From: Vicugna vicugna
Lineage: Eukaryota
Assembly (NCBI GenBank): GCA_013265495.1
Contig: MU058205.1
Location: 322,312 to 386,311 of the forward strand
Direction of reading: 5' to 3'
DNA length: 64,000 nt
Part shown: piece after piece, positions 39,201-53,400 of the stretch
Layout of the letters: each line of letters starts with the position of its first letter
Position numbering within the stretch: the first letter of the stretch is position 1
The notes under the pieces: generated by a model
What the model saw: only the letters and a program-made list of their open reading frames with translations
Database searches by the model: none
Told to the model about the DNA's origin: nothing
Program-made: the position numbers and the translations under genes

Positions 39201-41170
39201 TCTTTTCCACTTAGAGGGAAGTCCCTGTAACATTTCTTGTAAAGCTGGTTCAGTGGTGCTGAAATCTTTTCACTTATACTTGTCTGTAAAACCCTTTCTC
39301 TCTCCTCCAAATCTGTATGATAGCCTTGCTGAGTAGAGTACTCTTGGTTGTAGATTTTTTTTCCTTTCACCACTTTAAATATACTATGCCACTCCCTTCT
39401 GGTCTGCATAGTTTCTGCTGAAAAGTCAGCCAAAAGTCTTATGGGAGTTCCCTGTACATAATTACTTGACTTTTCTCTTGTTGCTCTCTTGTTCTCTCTC
39501 TATCTTTAATTTTTGCCATTTTCATCATAATGTGTCAGTATACACTTCTTTGGTTTTATCTTATTTGGGGCTCTGTCCTTCCTGGACCTGGATATGTTTC
39601 CTTCCCCAAGTTAAGGATGTTCTCAGTTATTATTTCTCCATATAAGTTCTCTGCCCCTTTCTCTCTCTTCTCCTTCGGGAACCCCTTTAATTTGAATGTT
39701 AGTATGCTTACTGTTGTCCCAGAGGTCTCTGAAAATATCATCATTTTTAAATTTGTTTTCCTTTTTTGTTGTTGTTGTTGTTCAACTTTAGTGATTTCCA
39801 TTACTCTATCTTCCAGTTTATTGATCTGTTTCTATATATCATCTAACCTACTCTTGATTCCTTTCAGTGTATTTTTTATTTTATTTATTACATTCTTCAG
39901 GTCTGTTTGGTGTTTCTTTATATTTTCTAACTCTTTTGTTAAACTTCTCACTGTGTTCATTCATTCTTTTGAGTTCTTCAATCATCTTTATGATCATTAC
40001 CTTGAGCTCTTTATCAGGTAGATTGCCTATCTCCACTTCTCTTAGTTCTTCTTCTGGGGTTTTTGTCTTTTTCCTTCATCTGGAACATAGTCTTCTGTCT
40101 CATTTTGCCTAATTCTCTGTGCTTATATCTGTACAACAGGTATGTCAGTTACATTTGACCTTGGAGAAATGACCTCCTGTAGGAGACGTCCTATGCATTC
40201 CAGCAGCACACTCCCTGCTGGTCACCAGAGCTGTATGCTCTAGAGAGTGTCCCTTATGTGGGCTGCATGGAACCTTCTGTTGTGGTGGGCTGACTACTAG
40301 GGGCACCCTGGTAGGTGAGGCCAGTCCCTACCCCTGTTAACTGCCAGGCCCTGCCTTGTGCAGAGGCTGCTGGCCAGCTGGTGGGTGAGGCTGGGTCCTA
40401 GCATGGCTGGATGTGGGGCCCCTGAGGTCCCAGGGCTGATGCCGACCTGCTGGTGGGAAGGGTTGGGTCTCAGGGCAGCCAACTGATTGGCCTTGTGAGT
40501 CCTGCGACTGGTGCCCACTGGCTGGTGGACAGGCAGGCTCCCAGTGCTAATAGGCTAGGGAGAAGACTTCAAATGGCACTTGCTGGCACCTGGGTCGTGG
40601 TGGCAGAAAGCTCCCAGAACGGCCACCACCAGGGTCCATATTTTCAAGGACAGTCCCAGGTGCCTCTGCCTCTCTGGGAGGCTTCCCAAGATCAGCACGT
40701 GGGTCTGAGCAGCTCCTTTCACACTCCTGTCCCTGTGCTGAGACTGCGATTACGTGCGAGGCTGTGCCCCTAGACAGTGGCGTTTGCTTCTACAGCCTTT
40801 GACTCTCCTGCACGCAAGCCCTGCCGGCCTTCAAAGCCCAGCGTCCTGGGAACCCGCTTCCCGGGGCAGGACGCCTGGGCTGGGACGCCCAGTGTGGGGG
40901 TAAGGCCCTTCGCTCCTTGAGGAGGACCTCTGCGACTGTGACCACCCTCCTGTTTGTGGGGCGCCCACTTGAAGGTGTGGGTCTTTGTTAGACGACGTCC
41001 CCACCCCTCCCACTCATCTCACTGGGGCTCCTCCTTTACACCTGCAGTTGTAGATCTTTTCCATGTTTCCGCCTCAGCGTGTTCGCATTGATAGCTGCTC
41101 TGTAAATAGCTTTAATTTTCATGTGCCTGTGGGAGGAGGTGAGCTCAGGGTCTACCTCCTCTGCCATGTT
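36300..41170 (-). mobile_element. Long degraded L1 with 5'UTR, ORF1 and ORF2 remnants
   Basis: ORF1-like ADFSAETMQTRREWHSIFK (39137-39433) and EKGAENLYGEIITEN (39556-39801); ORF2-like [14 protein letters not shown] (37209-37463); GC-rich 5'UTR at ~40.2-41.2 kb; internally deleted. Confidence 0.9.
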
Positions 41171-43304
41171 GGCCACACTTCCCTCCAGGCTGGCTCTCTT
41201 GAAGCAAGAAGCCAGTCAAGGGAAGTGAGGCCTTGAGTCCATCCCATGAGCTCTCAGGAGGGACTTTGTGAGGCTGGAGGTTCAAGCAGCACCGTTTTGG
41301 GGCCCACAGGACCAAGTCAGCCCACAGCTGGGGAAGGGTTTGTGCCCCATCTTTTGTGTGAGCTCCGGGCCTGTGGGTGTCCAGCAACCCCTGGTGGGAA
41401 AGCATCAGTGTGTGGAGGGGGCAGGTTTACACATGAGCACACCTTAGACATCCTCTGGGGCCTTAAAGGAGTGAGTGGGAGGATGCTGTGGAGGTCCCCA
41501 GATCCTACATCAGTGACTGTTAATGTAGATGTGTTTTTCTGGGCCTTCTAGCCGGTGATGCCTGGGAATATTTGGGTTACAAATAGAAAACTGGTGACTA
41601 GCTGACAACACTCTACTGCGTAGTTGAAGTTTGCTAAGGAAGTGGAATATCAATATTCTCACCAAAAAAAAAAAAAGACAAATAAGAAAAAAGAAGAAAA
41701 CTGGTTAAGTCAGTAATTTGAACCATCAATCTGCTGAGGTTGTGGAAGAAACACTGGCTTTTCAGTTGGTCAGTTTTGGAAATAATTTTCCATACCCCCA
41801 ACTCTGACACTAACATTTCTTGGCAGCCCCCACCCCGTGACTGTTTTTCTTCACCAGGTGTTCTGGAGTGATCCCAAGTTTAGAAACAGGACAACATCCT
41901 CGCCATGTATTCTCTGTGTTATAAGATGTCTTTGCTGTACTGGTGTTTCAGACACCATTGTCAGTGTCCTCCAGCCAAAGGCCAGGAGGCCCCTGAGCTG
42001 AACAAGCTGAGTTTATGCCCTTTTGCACCGAGGGCAAACGCACACAAGGAACCCTCGTGGGCATCTCAGTGCAGGGGGTCCGAAAGCACCTGCAGGACTG
42101 GGCTGTGCTGGGTCAAGGCGGGAGGGCTGGAGGAAAGGGATCTGTATTGGATGCTGTCAGGCAGCAGGGCCGTTGATGACTGGGTATCTTAACCAATCTC
42201 ACACAGAATGACAGCAGGCGAGGCCCAGCTCCAGACTGGAATTGACAAAGAAGCAGCGGCCTCTCGCATCAGCCGAGGAGGGGCATGTTTGGTGTCTTGG
42301 TGTTGGAGGGTGCGCGTTGTCTGAGTTCAGACCTGATGGTAGAGGAGCCTTGTCTCTGTCTTCCCCATCACAGCCACACGCGGTCTTGTTGAACGCTGGT
42401 GTCCTGAGAAAATGTTTCTGTTCGGTAGGAGAGCAGCACCACCCGGCCGTGCGGACCCAGCCCGGAGGACCAGGCCACCCATGGCGGGGGGCTGCTGCTT
42501 TCGCCACCTGGAAATAAAACTCATTCTACTTTGAATTTATCTCTGTGGCTTTTTTTTTTTTAACCACCTGGTCTATTATCTAGGACACAGCTGTAAATCT
42601 GTCTGTTTACTTGAGAAAAAAAAGAAAAACCTTGTCTTTTGGAACTCGTCTGCATGGCTTCCTGAAATCCACAGGGCTCTTCAGTCAGGCAGAGGTCATG
42701 ACGGCAATGTCCTTGCCCAGGGCCCTGAGGTATCAGCCAGCCCTCAGGGGGACACCCTTCTCCTGCATCAACATTCTAAATCCAGGCTACATCTCAAACA
42801 CGGAAGAGAATAGGGTCGCAGGAACCCCTCTGTCACACTGGAGAGATCTGAAAGTGACTAGCTCAGAGGAGAGGGGCTGCGTGGGGGCACAAAGCAGCTG
42901 TCCTGGTTTAGAAAGGCCCTCGGCAGTACTGGGTGCCTGGGTCCGTTGCCTGGAAGGGAAGTGGCCTGGGCAGTGGGGTGGCTCTGGTCCTGTCGGAGAG
43001 TCTGCGGGTTCCGTTACCCTGCACCAGGTGAGCAGAGGGTGTGTTGATTTCACAACATATTGAGCTGTGTTCATCTACCCTCCCTCCATCCCCTGTCGCT
43101 ACTAAGCCAATAAGACAGGCAACGTGCTTCGTGCTGCAGAAATTGACTTCGGCAGGTGGCCTTTCCAGGCCAAGGGGATGCAAAATGTCCACTGTGAAAA
43201 TCTCAAAAACTGACTGAAAAGGGATCCAAGTGCCCGCCAACCCAGACCACCTTGCTCCCTTTGCCTCAACATGGGGCTGGAGACTGGCCAGGGATCTCTC
43301 CACG

Positions 43305-43490
43305 CAGGGATCCCCAAAGCTGCACTGAGTATGCAGACGCCACAGGAGACACGATAAAATACAGATTCCTGGGTCCTGTCCCAGGGGTTCCAACTGAGTG
43401 TGTCTGAGGAGGGGTCGAGGAATCTGAGTTCTTAAGCCTTCTGGCCCGAGGTGTTCTTATAGACCACTGGAAGCTTGGGAACCACTAATC
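43305..43490. mobile_element. MER5A-like hAT transposon
   Basis: aaaatacagattcctggg, ggaatctg, aagcttgggaaccact. Confidence 0.7.
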
Positions 43491-43715
43491 TGGTTCAGTG
43501 CTTTGCAGCTAAAGAAGGGGATAGCCAGGCTACGGAGCTTTATTTTCCTCCAAAAAAAAAAAAATCGTGTGTGTGTGATTTCTTTCCATCTCCTTTCTCC
43601 TTCCCCATATGCTGAAATGCTCTCTAGAGAGAAAAACAACGTGAGAATTTTGAAAAAGCTCCGAGTGATTCTAATATCTTCCCTCGCACCCTCCCTTCCT
43701 GCTTTGGAAACCACA

Positions 43716-44241
43716 GAACAGGAGCAGAATATGATACCCCAAAATGTGCCTCTTTGGCATAAGGATTATTTTGAGCCGATTATTTTTAAAAGACAGCTTT
43801 CCCAGGAGAAGCTCTGAAATCCGAGTGGAAGTTACCCTTCAGTGAGCGATATTTACATTTAGAAAGGAAATCTGCATTGGTAAGGGTGTCACCCTCGCTG
43901 TACCAGGAAAAGGGGGGTGACTCTGAATCTCTGGGAACTCTCATCTGTGGAGAAGGCAATAACCTAAATCTGCATAACAGTTCACTGGCCTTTGTCTGGA
44001 CATCTCCCATAGCTGGCTCCCCACCCTTCACCTTCTTTTGTCTTAGATGGAGGTGTTGGAGGCCGCGGCTGGGTCTTTTGGGGGGTTACTCATTTTCCTG
44101 GGCATCTCCCTTGTATACAGGAGGTCATATGTTATTAAACTTGTGTCTGTTTTCATCCTGTTAATCTGCCCTTTTATTACAGGGAGGGTCTCAGCCAAGA
44201 ACCGGGAAGGGTAGAGGGGAAATTATTTTTCCTCCCCTACC
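43716..44241 (+). mobile_element. ERV1-class solo LTR (MER34/MER39-like)
   Basis: cagaatatgataccccaaaatgtgcctctttggcataaggattattttgag 5' end; attaaa signal; aattatttttcctcccctac 3' end. Confidence 0.75.
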
Positions 44242-44299
44242 CAGGAGCAAGAGCGGGTTCGCAGAGGCAGCCCTGAGGTCTAGGAGGGAGGCCGCCTGC

Positions 44300-45130
44300 C
44301 CACAGGATCAGTTAGTGAGGGAGCCAGGCCAACCGTTCCGGCAACTTGGTGAAACTTGCCCCACGCAGCTCACAGGCCAGGAGCCCCCCCGCCCCCCGCG
44401 CCCCAGTGCTCTGGGGACGCGCCCCGCCCAGCAGGCGAGAGGCAGGCGGGGCCCGGGAGGCAGAGGAGCACGCATGCGCACCTCCACCGAGCCAAAAAAA
44501 AAGCCTGCAGTGAGGTCCCACCTTGGTCACCCAGCCCTGGAGGGGGAGGGACGGTGACATCTGAGCCTCACCCCTGACACACTGCGCACTCTCAGCCAGC
44601 CCAGCGAAGCGACACTGAGCTCCCCGTACAGGGCGCGCAGGGCCTGGCTGGCCTGGGAGGCTGGGGTTTCGAGAACAGTGACCGGGGGCGTGGAGCGGAG
44701 GGCCGAGTCAGGAGGGGACCGAGGGGCAGCGCCTCCGCCGCGCGAGCGTCTCAGGAGCCTAAAAGGCTGAAAAGCCAGCGGGGCTTGGGTGGAGTCGGCC
44801 CTCAGAGGGAGGGGCCAAGCTGCCTGCAAGACAGGGCCCTGCGAGGCCCTCTGAGCGCATTAGCTTGTACAGCGGGTTTCGCCCCTTATCTGTTCCCGGC
44901 ACCTTTCCCGGGGCCGCCTGGGGGGTCGGCCGCAGACCCTGCTGCTGCCTCAGTGACTCAGTCACCCTGAGAAGCCGCTGGCGCGCGCAGCCAGTGATAC
45001 GAGGCCCCTCGACTGTGAGCGCCTCCCAGCACCCAGAGGGCCCTCAGCGCCCGAAAAGGAAGTGCAGCTTCCAGAGGCGCCCGGCCCACTGGGCACCGGG
45101 GTTTGGCGGCTGACCCTGCCCCGGGCCTGT
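44300..45130. promoter_or_regulatory. CpG-rich island / candidate promoter or enhancer
   Basis: Visibly the densest CpG stretch in the window; NRF1-like CGCATGCGCA (44471-44480), GC boxes, AP-1 TGACTCA (44954-44960). Confidence 0.6.
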
Positions 45131-45984
45131 CCACTGAACGTTCTGGCTCAGCATGCACCCAGCTGGCTGTTCCCAGTGCAAAAAGATTTATTCCAGGCCC
45201 TCTTTGGGTGTAAACCACAGAAAAGTGGGGCAAATTGCGTTTACAGACTTGTTAATCAGCCAGTTAGACAAGGTTTGGTTCCATTATAGGGCTTTCCTGT
45301 TCCTCTTCGTTTCTCCACTCAGTCAGCCTTTGGCCGCGTGGTTGCACAGAAACAACCCTGATTTCTCAGGTTTGGTCCAGCTCAGCCACTGAGCCGTGAG
45401 CCTGGGTCTGCTCAGCCTTTGTTCATCATGTAAGTATTTCCGCTATGAAACTTGTCCTCCCTTCTAATGCCAGCATTTGGCAACTGAACACAGAGAAAAG
45501 GCCTTAAGGATGCACTGGAACTGGGAGGTGGTGGGGGTGAGGGCGGGAGAGGGAACCGGGTCCCCTCTTGGGAATCAGCTTCTAGCATCTCAACTGTTTC
45601 TGAAGCCGCTTTTATAAGCTTCTCGGTTACTTCTAAAAACCAGACATTCTATTGCTTGAAATTTTCATGGGATTCAAGGAAAAGATTTACCAGAGTCCTT
45701 AGCTTCAGGCAACTGGAATCTACACTGGCTCAACAGAGATCTAGATAATTCACAGAATTCTCAGGAGGGCTGAAAACAAAACAGACTGTAGGCAGAGCTT
45801 CCAGAATAGGGCTTCTCTCCCAGCGTCACCAAGAGGTCACCCCCTCTGCAGTCACATGCAGTGGATGGGACTTTTAAAATAACAAGAGATAAATTTCTCT
45901 CCCAAGCCATCATTCTTTGAGGCTTTCGGTCACTCTCAGCTAAACATATTTGTGACTAATTAACAGTACATTTGATTTCATCAA

Positions 45985-46444
45985 GTACTTGCCAACTGAA
46001 GAGTGCTGCTCACCACCCAGCTCTGCCAGGACTGAGTCATTCACTACTGCGCTACTGACCTTCAGCACGGCCCTAAGGGAGCTCAGGGACGAGGCACTCT
46101 GTGCTCTGGGAAGATGGGCAGAACAAGTCTTCAGATACATATTTTCAGGAGAAAACTTTATGAACCTGAATTCTTGCATCTTCCCATACTTAGAAAAGAA
46201 CTAAAACCATTAACTAAGGTGTCTTTTCCTTGTGACCAGCTGCAACCTTCTACTAAGATGTGTGCTTACCCCCTTCTTGCATGTACCCCCTTCTCCAAAA
46301 TCATATGTCTACTGACCTCCCCTGATACCTCTTCAGAGCAATTTCTCATCTGAGAGGCTGTCTCCCAGGCTATGGTCCTCAATAGAAACTGAATAAACTC
46401 AATTCACAGCTTTTACTCTGTGTGTGTGTGTGTGTGTGCTGACA
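45985..46444 (+). mobile_element. ERV1-like solo LTR
   Basis: gagaggctgtctcccaggctatggtcctcaata, AATAAA at ~46392, terminal ...gctgaca. Confidence 0.65.
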
Positions 46445-48229
46445 ACACCAAACCCTAATCACTTATTTCTTCTCATTTTTCCAATTCAAATTCATTATTC
46501 ACGTAATACACACTGACTGGCTGCCTTCTGTGTGCTTTGCTCCGTACATCTGGTGCCCTCACGGGAAGACCCAGTGAAGAGCCGTGGTCCTCTGAGACAG
46601 GTTCCCGCAGAGGGGTGTCCCGATGCACCGTGGGAGTGTGTCAGCCGGGCGCCTCTCCAGCCATGCAAGGGGTGGGGAAGGCTTCCCGGGGCTGTCCTCT
46701 GCCGCCTGGGTGCGGGAGGGGAGAAAGGAGTTAGTGCTGAGAGCTCAGCAGGGGCCTGAGCATGGGAAGCCCTGGGAGCCATGGGAGGAGATTTGGGTTT
46801 TATCCTGAGGTTAACGAAGAGCCATTGTCTGAGCTGGGGAAATTGATCAGGTTTGCAGTTAGGAAGCCCCAGCGGGCCGAGCGGTGGCGAGTGGACTGAC
46901 AAGGGCAAGGGCACTCAGGTGAAAGGCTATCTTGGTGTTTTCAGCGGGAGAGGAGCTGGTTTCCGTGTGAAGGCTGCCGGTACCCAGGGCCAGCCGGGGA
47001 AGGGAGAGCCTCAAGGACCACGCACTCAGTCCCCACCCACCCCTCAGTGAACAATCCAGCAGGACAGAGCTGATTGGAGATGAGGGGCTTTTTCTGGGGT
47101 AACTGGTTTTCTCTCATTGTTCCACTTGTGAGTGACTCATAGAATGACAGACCTGGACCCAAGCTTAGAGCCCCCAGTTTTACAGATGAGGACACAGATG
47201 AGCCCAGGGATGCAGCCAAAGTCCTACAGGAGAAGTCGTCCAGCGTGGACCCCGGCCCCCGCCCCCAGCCCTCCGCACCTTGCAGGCAGGCTGCGTGCTA
47301 CTGGAACACGACTTTCTGCTCACACCTCCTGGCATTCGCATCTGCCCTCCTCTCACAGGAATGCCTCTTCCTTTTTCCCTGGTCACCCCCAAGGTTCCTT
47401 CATAGACTGGCTCCAATGCCACACCACCCAGGGCCCCACTGCCCGACCCCTTCTCATGTGGACAGATGCAGACTGGAGGCTTCCAGCACAGAGCTGTTCC
47501 AGCTGCTTTTCTGCCGGGAACACCCTCATGCCCATCGCCTCTCCAGTTTCCAAGACGGCTCCCCCTTGGCCTCTGGTCCTGGCTCAGACGCCTTCTTCAA
47601 GTGCTTCCCTGTCTGTCTTCCACCGCGTTCTCTCTCCCAGTGAACTTGCTTGTTGTTTTCTCAGCACTCATCGCCGACCAGCATTTTATATTTAGTTTTG
47701 ATGTATTTAATTTATTGAAAAAGATGTATTGCCCTCCTACTACATGCCAGGCATGTGTGGATAGATCTGGATTAGTCCAAGATGATTCTGGTGGGAAAAC
47801 TCACCCGACCCGTGGCCAGTGTGGGCCAGCAGGTGGTTTAGGTGTGGACTTGTGGCCCAGCTCTGCTCAGGGTGATGGAGGGGCTGATGGGGAAGCTCCC
47901 TTTGCCCAAAAAGTTAAAAAAAGAAAAAGTGCACAGCAAATAATCATTGCCTTCTCCCTGGGGAAGTTTGTGTAGAGTCAGTGACCCTGAGGCTGCGTGT
48001 CCACCCTGCGGCAACGCGGTGGGCCTGGGGCAGAGGGGCACAATGGACATGAGCCCCACCATGGCAAGGCGCTTCCAAGCCCATCAGCCCACCAGCCATG
48101 TCCATCCTGTTGCTGGAGATCATGAGCTCTTTGGGGTTACTTTTTCTGCTACTGGATCAGGCAAGATGCATTTGGCTAAAAGTAATTAAAAATTTTTTTT
48201 AAAAACCCAACTAGCTAATGACTTAAATC

Positions 48230-48415
48230 AGGAGTCAGCAAACATTTTCTTCAAAGGGCTAGATAGTAAATATTGAGGCTTGTGGCCATGCGGTCCCTGT
48301 CACCACAGCTCAAAAGTGCCACCACCGCCACGTCAGCAGCTGAGCCTGGCCGTGTGCCAGGAAAACTCGGTTCACAAAATCAGGCAGCAGACTGGACACG
48401 GCCAAATGGTTGAAA
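48230..48415. mobile_element. MER58A-like hAT transposon
   Basis: caggagtcagcaaac...aagggctagatagtaaatatt...cacaaaatcaggc. Confidence 0.8.
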
Positions 48416-49646
48416 CTATAAAAGCATCCGTCACTGACCTGATGGCAAGACTGAGGAAGGTTCTGGGGCTGGTCCAAAACTGTCACGTGGCATCTCTGTG
48501 GTTCCCTGTCTTCCCACCCAAGGCTCCAAGTCGGCTTCCCCAGATCTGAGCTTTATGTGGTGCCACCCACAGGGGACAGCAGGGATGAGGAAGGGACCTC
48601 AGCATCCCCACACTGCCTGCACACTGGCCCCTCCGTTCCCCCAGGCCATGCTCAGCCAAGTGAGGAAATCTTTGGAGACTAAGACTGTCATGATGAGCTG
48701 TCAACGAGACAGAAGTTACAGTGACTCAGAGCAAGGGAGCACTGGGGAAGGAGCAAGATGGGCCAGCCTCCCTAGGCTGGGACAGTGGCTGCGGGGCACA
48801 TCTTTTGACATATTAAATGCAAATATCAATATTTAATTAAAATTAATTTGAAATTTAAATCTTAAAAAGATAATTGCAGATGTAAGAAGACCACTGAGGA
48901 AATTATTAGAAGACAACACCAAAGGGGTTGCATTTCTAACCTCATGTGTGTAATACTTTGCAAAATGCGTTTACATACATTTTCATTTCATACTCTTGAC
49001 AAGCTTGTGCAGAGGTTTGGGGCCCACGTTGCAGGTTAACCTGGTAGAGCTGGGGTTCAGATTTGAGTCTTCAAGGCCCTGAGCCCTGGCTTGCTCTCTC
49101 TACCGCACCCCGTGAAGACGAGGTGCAGATATCGCGAGAGAGCGGGGCTCTTGAACACGGGCTGGGGCCCAGGTGTCTGATCTGGGAAAGCAGGTGCAGG
49201 AGGGGCTGCAGAGGACCGAGACTGGCTCAGAAGATGCTCCGCCTGTTGTCTTTGTCTCTATGACAACACAGAGCTCAGCTCAAGGTAACTAACCTAACAG
49301 GCAGAACCCCTCCCTCCAGGGGGCCAGGCTGCCGGGGCGATGGGCATCAGACGTGCTAAGGAAGGGCCCTTGAGAGGAGCCGGTGGCCCCAGTCCAATAA
49401 CCCTAAGCCCCGCCAGCCATTTCCACCTGAAGTTTGAGGAGTGTGGACAAAGGAGCATCGAGGAGGTTGGGGGGTGGGGGAGGAGCCACTAAGGGGGGCC
49501 AGCAGGGCCTGTGGGTCAGACTGGGCTTGGGGCCCAGGCACAGGAGGGGCGGGGAACGATCCACGCAGTCAGAGAGGCCATGGGAACTGCTGCGTCACCT
49601 CTGAGACCTCAGGCGGCCTGGGCAGAAGGGGATGCCGCCTACTGTT

Positions 49647-50193
49647 TTTTTTCTTTTCTTTTCTTTTCTTTTTAAATTTTTTATTGAAATGTAGTTGATT
49701 TACAATGTTAGTTTCAGGTGTGCAGCAAAGTGATTCAGTTATACATACACATACATATATATTTTTTTTCTTTTCAGATTCTTTTCCATTAAAGGTTATT
49801 ACAAGAAATTAAATATAGTTCCCTGTGCTACACAGTAGGTCCTTGTTTTATCTCTTTTATATACAGTAGGGTGTGTCTGCTAATCCCAAACTCCTAATTT
49901 ATCGCTCCCTGTCCTTTCCCCTTTGGTAACCGTAGCTTGTTTTCTATGTCCGTGAGTCTGGTTTTGGTTTGTAAATAGAATTTGTATTTTTTTTGGATTC
50001 CACATATAAGTGATATCATATGATATTTGTCTTTCTTTATTTTACTTATTTCACTTAATACTATAATCTCCAAGTCCATCCATGTCACTGCAAATGGCAT
50101 TGTTTCGTTCTTTTTTATGGCTGAGTAATATTCCACTGTATATATGTGTGTATGTATATATATATTGATCACATCTTTATCCAGTCATCTGTT
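49647..50193 (-). mobile_element. Young 5'-truncated L1 with a 16-bp target-site duplication
   Basis: TSD gatgc(c/t)gcctactgtt at 49631-49646 and 50194-50209; T-rich tail; MPFAVTWMDLE remnant. Confidence 0.93.
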
Positions 50194-50364
50194 GATGCTG
50201 CCTACTGTTCTATCCTCTAAAACCTTTGATTGTAGAAGAACTCAGATCTGCCCGTCCTCTGCCCTGCAGAAGTTTCAGAGCTGAATTGAGCCTCATAAAT
50301 GGTTCTTACACATGCCTCCACACCCCCACACACAGCCACACACACGTGTGCATGTCCATCAATT

Positions 50365-50470
50365 CTGGATATTTCACAGATAAGAAAACTGAGGCTGAGT
50401 GATGCTCACAGTCACATGATGTGTATGGACATTGACCAGGTCCAGATCTGAGGGCTCGACACAGTCCACC
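50365..50470 (-). mobile_element. MIR fragment
   Basis: atttcacagataagaaaactgaggctgag. Confidence 0.65.
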
Positions 50471-53400
50471 TTCCTCCCTCTCCACCCTCAGCTGTCCCTG
50501 TCTCTGATCTGATGGGGGAGGAGAGGGGACAGGCTGGCCCCGTGGCCCAAGGACCCCACTGCCTACAACCGGCTGCCTTGGGATGGGCCAGATTATTAGG
50601 ACTCTGCCTGATGCAGCAGGAACCCTCTGAGGGGTGTACATCTAGAAAGAAAAGAGAAGAGGAGGGATGGGAACGGGCGCTTAGGTCCAGCCCATCTCCT
50701 GGGCAGCATCCCCCAGGAAGAATTGTTGAGGGTTATTAAGTGAAACCTAGTCAGAGAGAACAGCTCCCTGGGGCGCGGGCAGAGACTCGCTCTGTGGCTG
50801 TGGGCTAACGGCCGGCTGCCTCCCAGTCAGGGCACCTCGGGCTGGAGAAAGAGGCCTGCATGAAGCTGGTCTTGGCAAGGAGGGGACCAACGCCTCTGAG
50901 CCTAGAGTCTGTGTGTCATCTGGGATGCGTGTCTCCTGCTGTTAGCTGTCACCTCCAGTCCCCTGGCTTTGTCTCCAGGTGGGGAGGCCTTCCTGGGGAC
51001 CGAGCACGTCCCCCCCCCCCGCCCATGGGCCCTGGGATGCACTTCTGCAAGGGAAATCGAGGCCTCAAGGCCTCCCACACCATCTGTGCCTCGTCTTGGC
51101 CAGAGGACCCCTCTGCGATGGAAGAAGGGACAGCAGGCAGACCACCCACATCCTGCTGAGAAAAGTGAAATCTTTTTGAAGCGAGCGAGGGTGGAGAACA
51201 CAAAGAAACCTAACAGGACGAATAAACGTTTCCAGATTTAGAAAGAGACCCTCTCTCTGCTTGGAGTGGGTTTCTACAGGGGAGCGAAGCACTGGCTGGT
51301 GAGTGCTGGTCAGGTCGGTCTCGCAGACGTGAGGTCCAGGTGCAGCCCAAACGTGTCCAGGGAGCTCTTTAGTCCCTGCCAATCTCCCCTCCCTCTTGGG
51401 GACGTGGGAGGGCCACTGAGGAAAGTGGGACCAATCTTTCTGGAAGTGAAGAAACAGATTGTTTTTAACTCCCATGTACAGCAAACCAGCTACATTTTGC
51501 AGAGGCATTTAGAGAAAGGATTCCTAAAGTTGAACCAAACTGGTAACAAGGCCTCCAGATGAGAAAAACTTCCCATTTCATAGAAATCACATGTGAATTC
51601 TTTCCTTCTGACAGTGCCGACCCCAGCCAGCGCCTCAAAGCTGCATGTTCTTCCCAGGCCTGGTGCTCAGACACTGGGGGCCGTCCTTGGCATCCGAGGG
51701 AACATCACGGCAGGAGTTCACAGGTGGCCCCAGCCGAGCTGCCACTCGCGGCCCTGCCCCAGTGAGCTGGCCCTAAACCCAGGCCTCCCCGAGGCGGAGC
51801 CCCGAGTCTGGATGTCCCCAAGTCACTGTCTTCTGTCCTCACCCATCAAGCCCCTGCTTTGTGTGAGTCTAACCAAACGTCCCTGTGAGATATTACGCCT
51901 CACTTCCCTCAGATAACTCCAAACAGAAGATTTTCCACTTTTCAACTGATTTCCACACACGTGAGTCGTGCCTACTCTGTGCCCAGCACCCTGCGGTCAT
52001 AACGAGGGATAAGACAAAGTTCCTTTCCTGGAAGAGGAGCCAGTGAAGTCCGCCTGGACCACATTAAGGAAGGTCTGTGGATGGGGAGGGGCCTATGGCT
52101 ACTGAGCACGAACTCAGCACCCGGCTCCGGGGAAGTGGGAGGGAGTCTGCCTCGGAGCTGGAGGTGGGAGGGAGGTAAGTCTCCCACTGAAATAGGAGGA
52201 CGCAGACTGGAACAAAGATGGAGACGCCCCAGAGGAGTGGGTGGAGCCAGCCCTGTCTTTAAAACAGCATTTAAAGCAGGAAGGAGGTGGGAGGCTTCTG
52301 GGGGAGGGCAGGTGGGCCCTAGGAAAGCACAGGATGAGCCAGAAGGATGCCCCTTCCTCTGTTTCTGCTGCAGCATCCGGCCCTGCCTCTATATGTGTCC
52401 GGGCCTCGGTACTAAAAGTCCAGGGGCTCCTTGACAGTCACCTCCCTTGCTGCATCCCCAGGCCTCAATGCATGTCAGGTAAATGAATGAGTAGATGTCT
52501 TTTGTCTCATAAAGTCCATCAAAAGGAGCCGCAGGGGAATGGCGTGGTGGGATGGGATTTGAGGGAAGTACCTCTAGCAGCGAGGAGGGAGGGGGGATTC
52601 GGAGGCAGGATGTGGGTCACGCATCTATTATGATACTCCCCTGAGACGGGCCCCCCTGAACCCCTCCAGGGCTTCAGTGCTGCCCACCCTCAGCCCCCCA
52701 AACCTGGAGACCTGATCCCAAGCCCTGTCTCAGTGGCCCAGCCACGGCACCCCTCAAGGCCAGACTGGACCTTCCTGGCTGTCTTGGCCAGCTCCTCGGA
52801 TCCGGTCCTCAGACCCAGCTATCACCTGCTCAGCCCACGTGGATTCTGAGCACCACTGTGTGCCAGGTGGCCCGTCACTCACCAAGCCCTGAGAGGGCAT
52901 TCCCATTGTGCTTCTGATTGTCACTCCTGGTGACAGAAGTGCCTGGTCACCTGTCAGCTGTGTCCTGGGGGCATGTCCTGCTCCCTCACTCCCTGCAGGG
53001 TGAGACTCACAGTGAAAGCCCCCTTAGACAGCGAGCCTGAGCAGATAAGGGGCATGGGAGCCTTGGTGTCTACCTTTAAGCCTAGTTATGCGGTCCAGTC
53101 CTTTCCATCTGGGCGGCAGGACATGCAGGTAGGCTGGGGCTGGGCTCCTGCCCCTTCTGCAGGCTCTGACCTCAGCCCCCCCTTCTCCTCGGTGCCCCCT
53201 GTGCTGCTAGGGTGTGCTTCTGCCCAGGCCAGAGGCAGCCTCCCAGGCAGTGTCTGGAGCAGCAGCAGTGGTACCCCACTCCTCCCAAGAAATCCACCCA
53301 AGCGTCTCCTATTCTTTCCTCTCTCATGTCCCTTCCTCAGTGCCCCCCTCCCTGTTTGCTTTCTCTTCCCCACTGCGCAGGCCCCAGGTCCCCTGACAGT

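Noticed and set aside
39137..40112. ORFs including a very hydrophobic 163-aa plus-strand ORF
   Set aside because: These are L1 ORF1 remnants and their T-rich antisense; not a membrane protein
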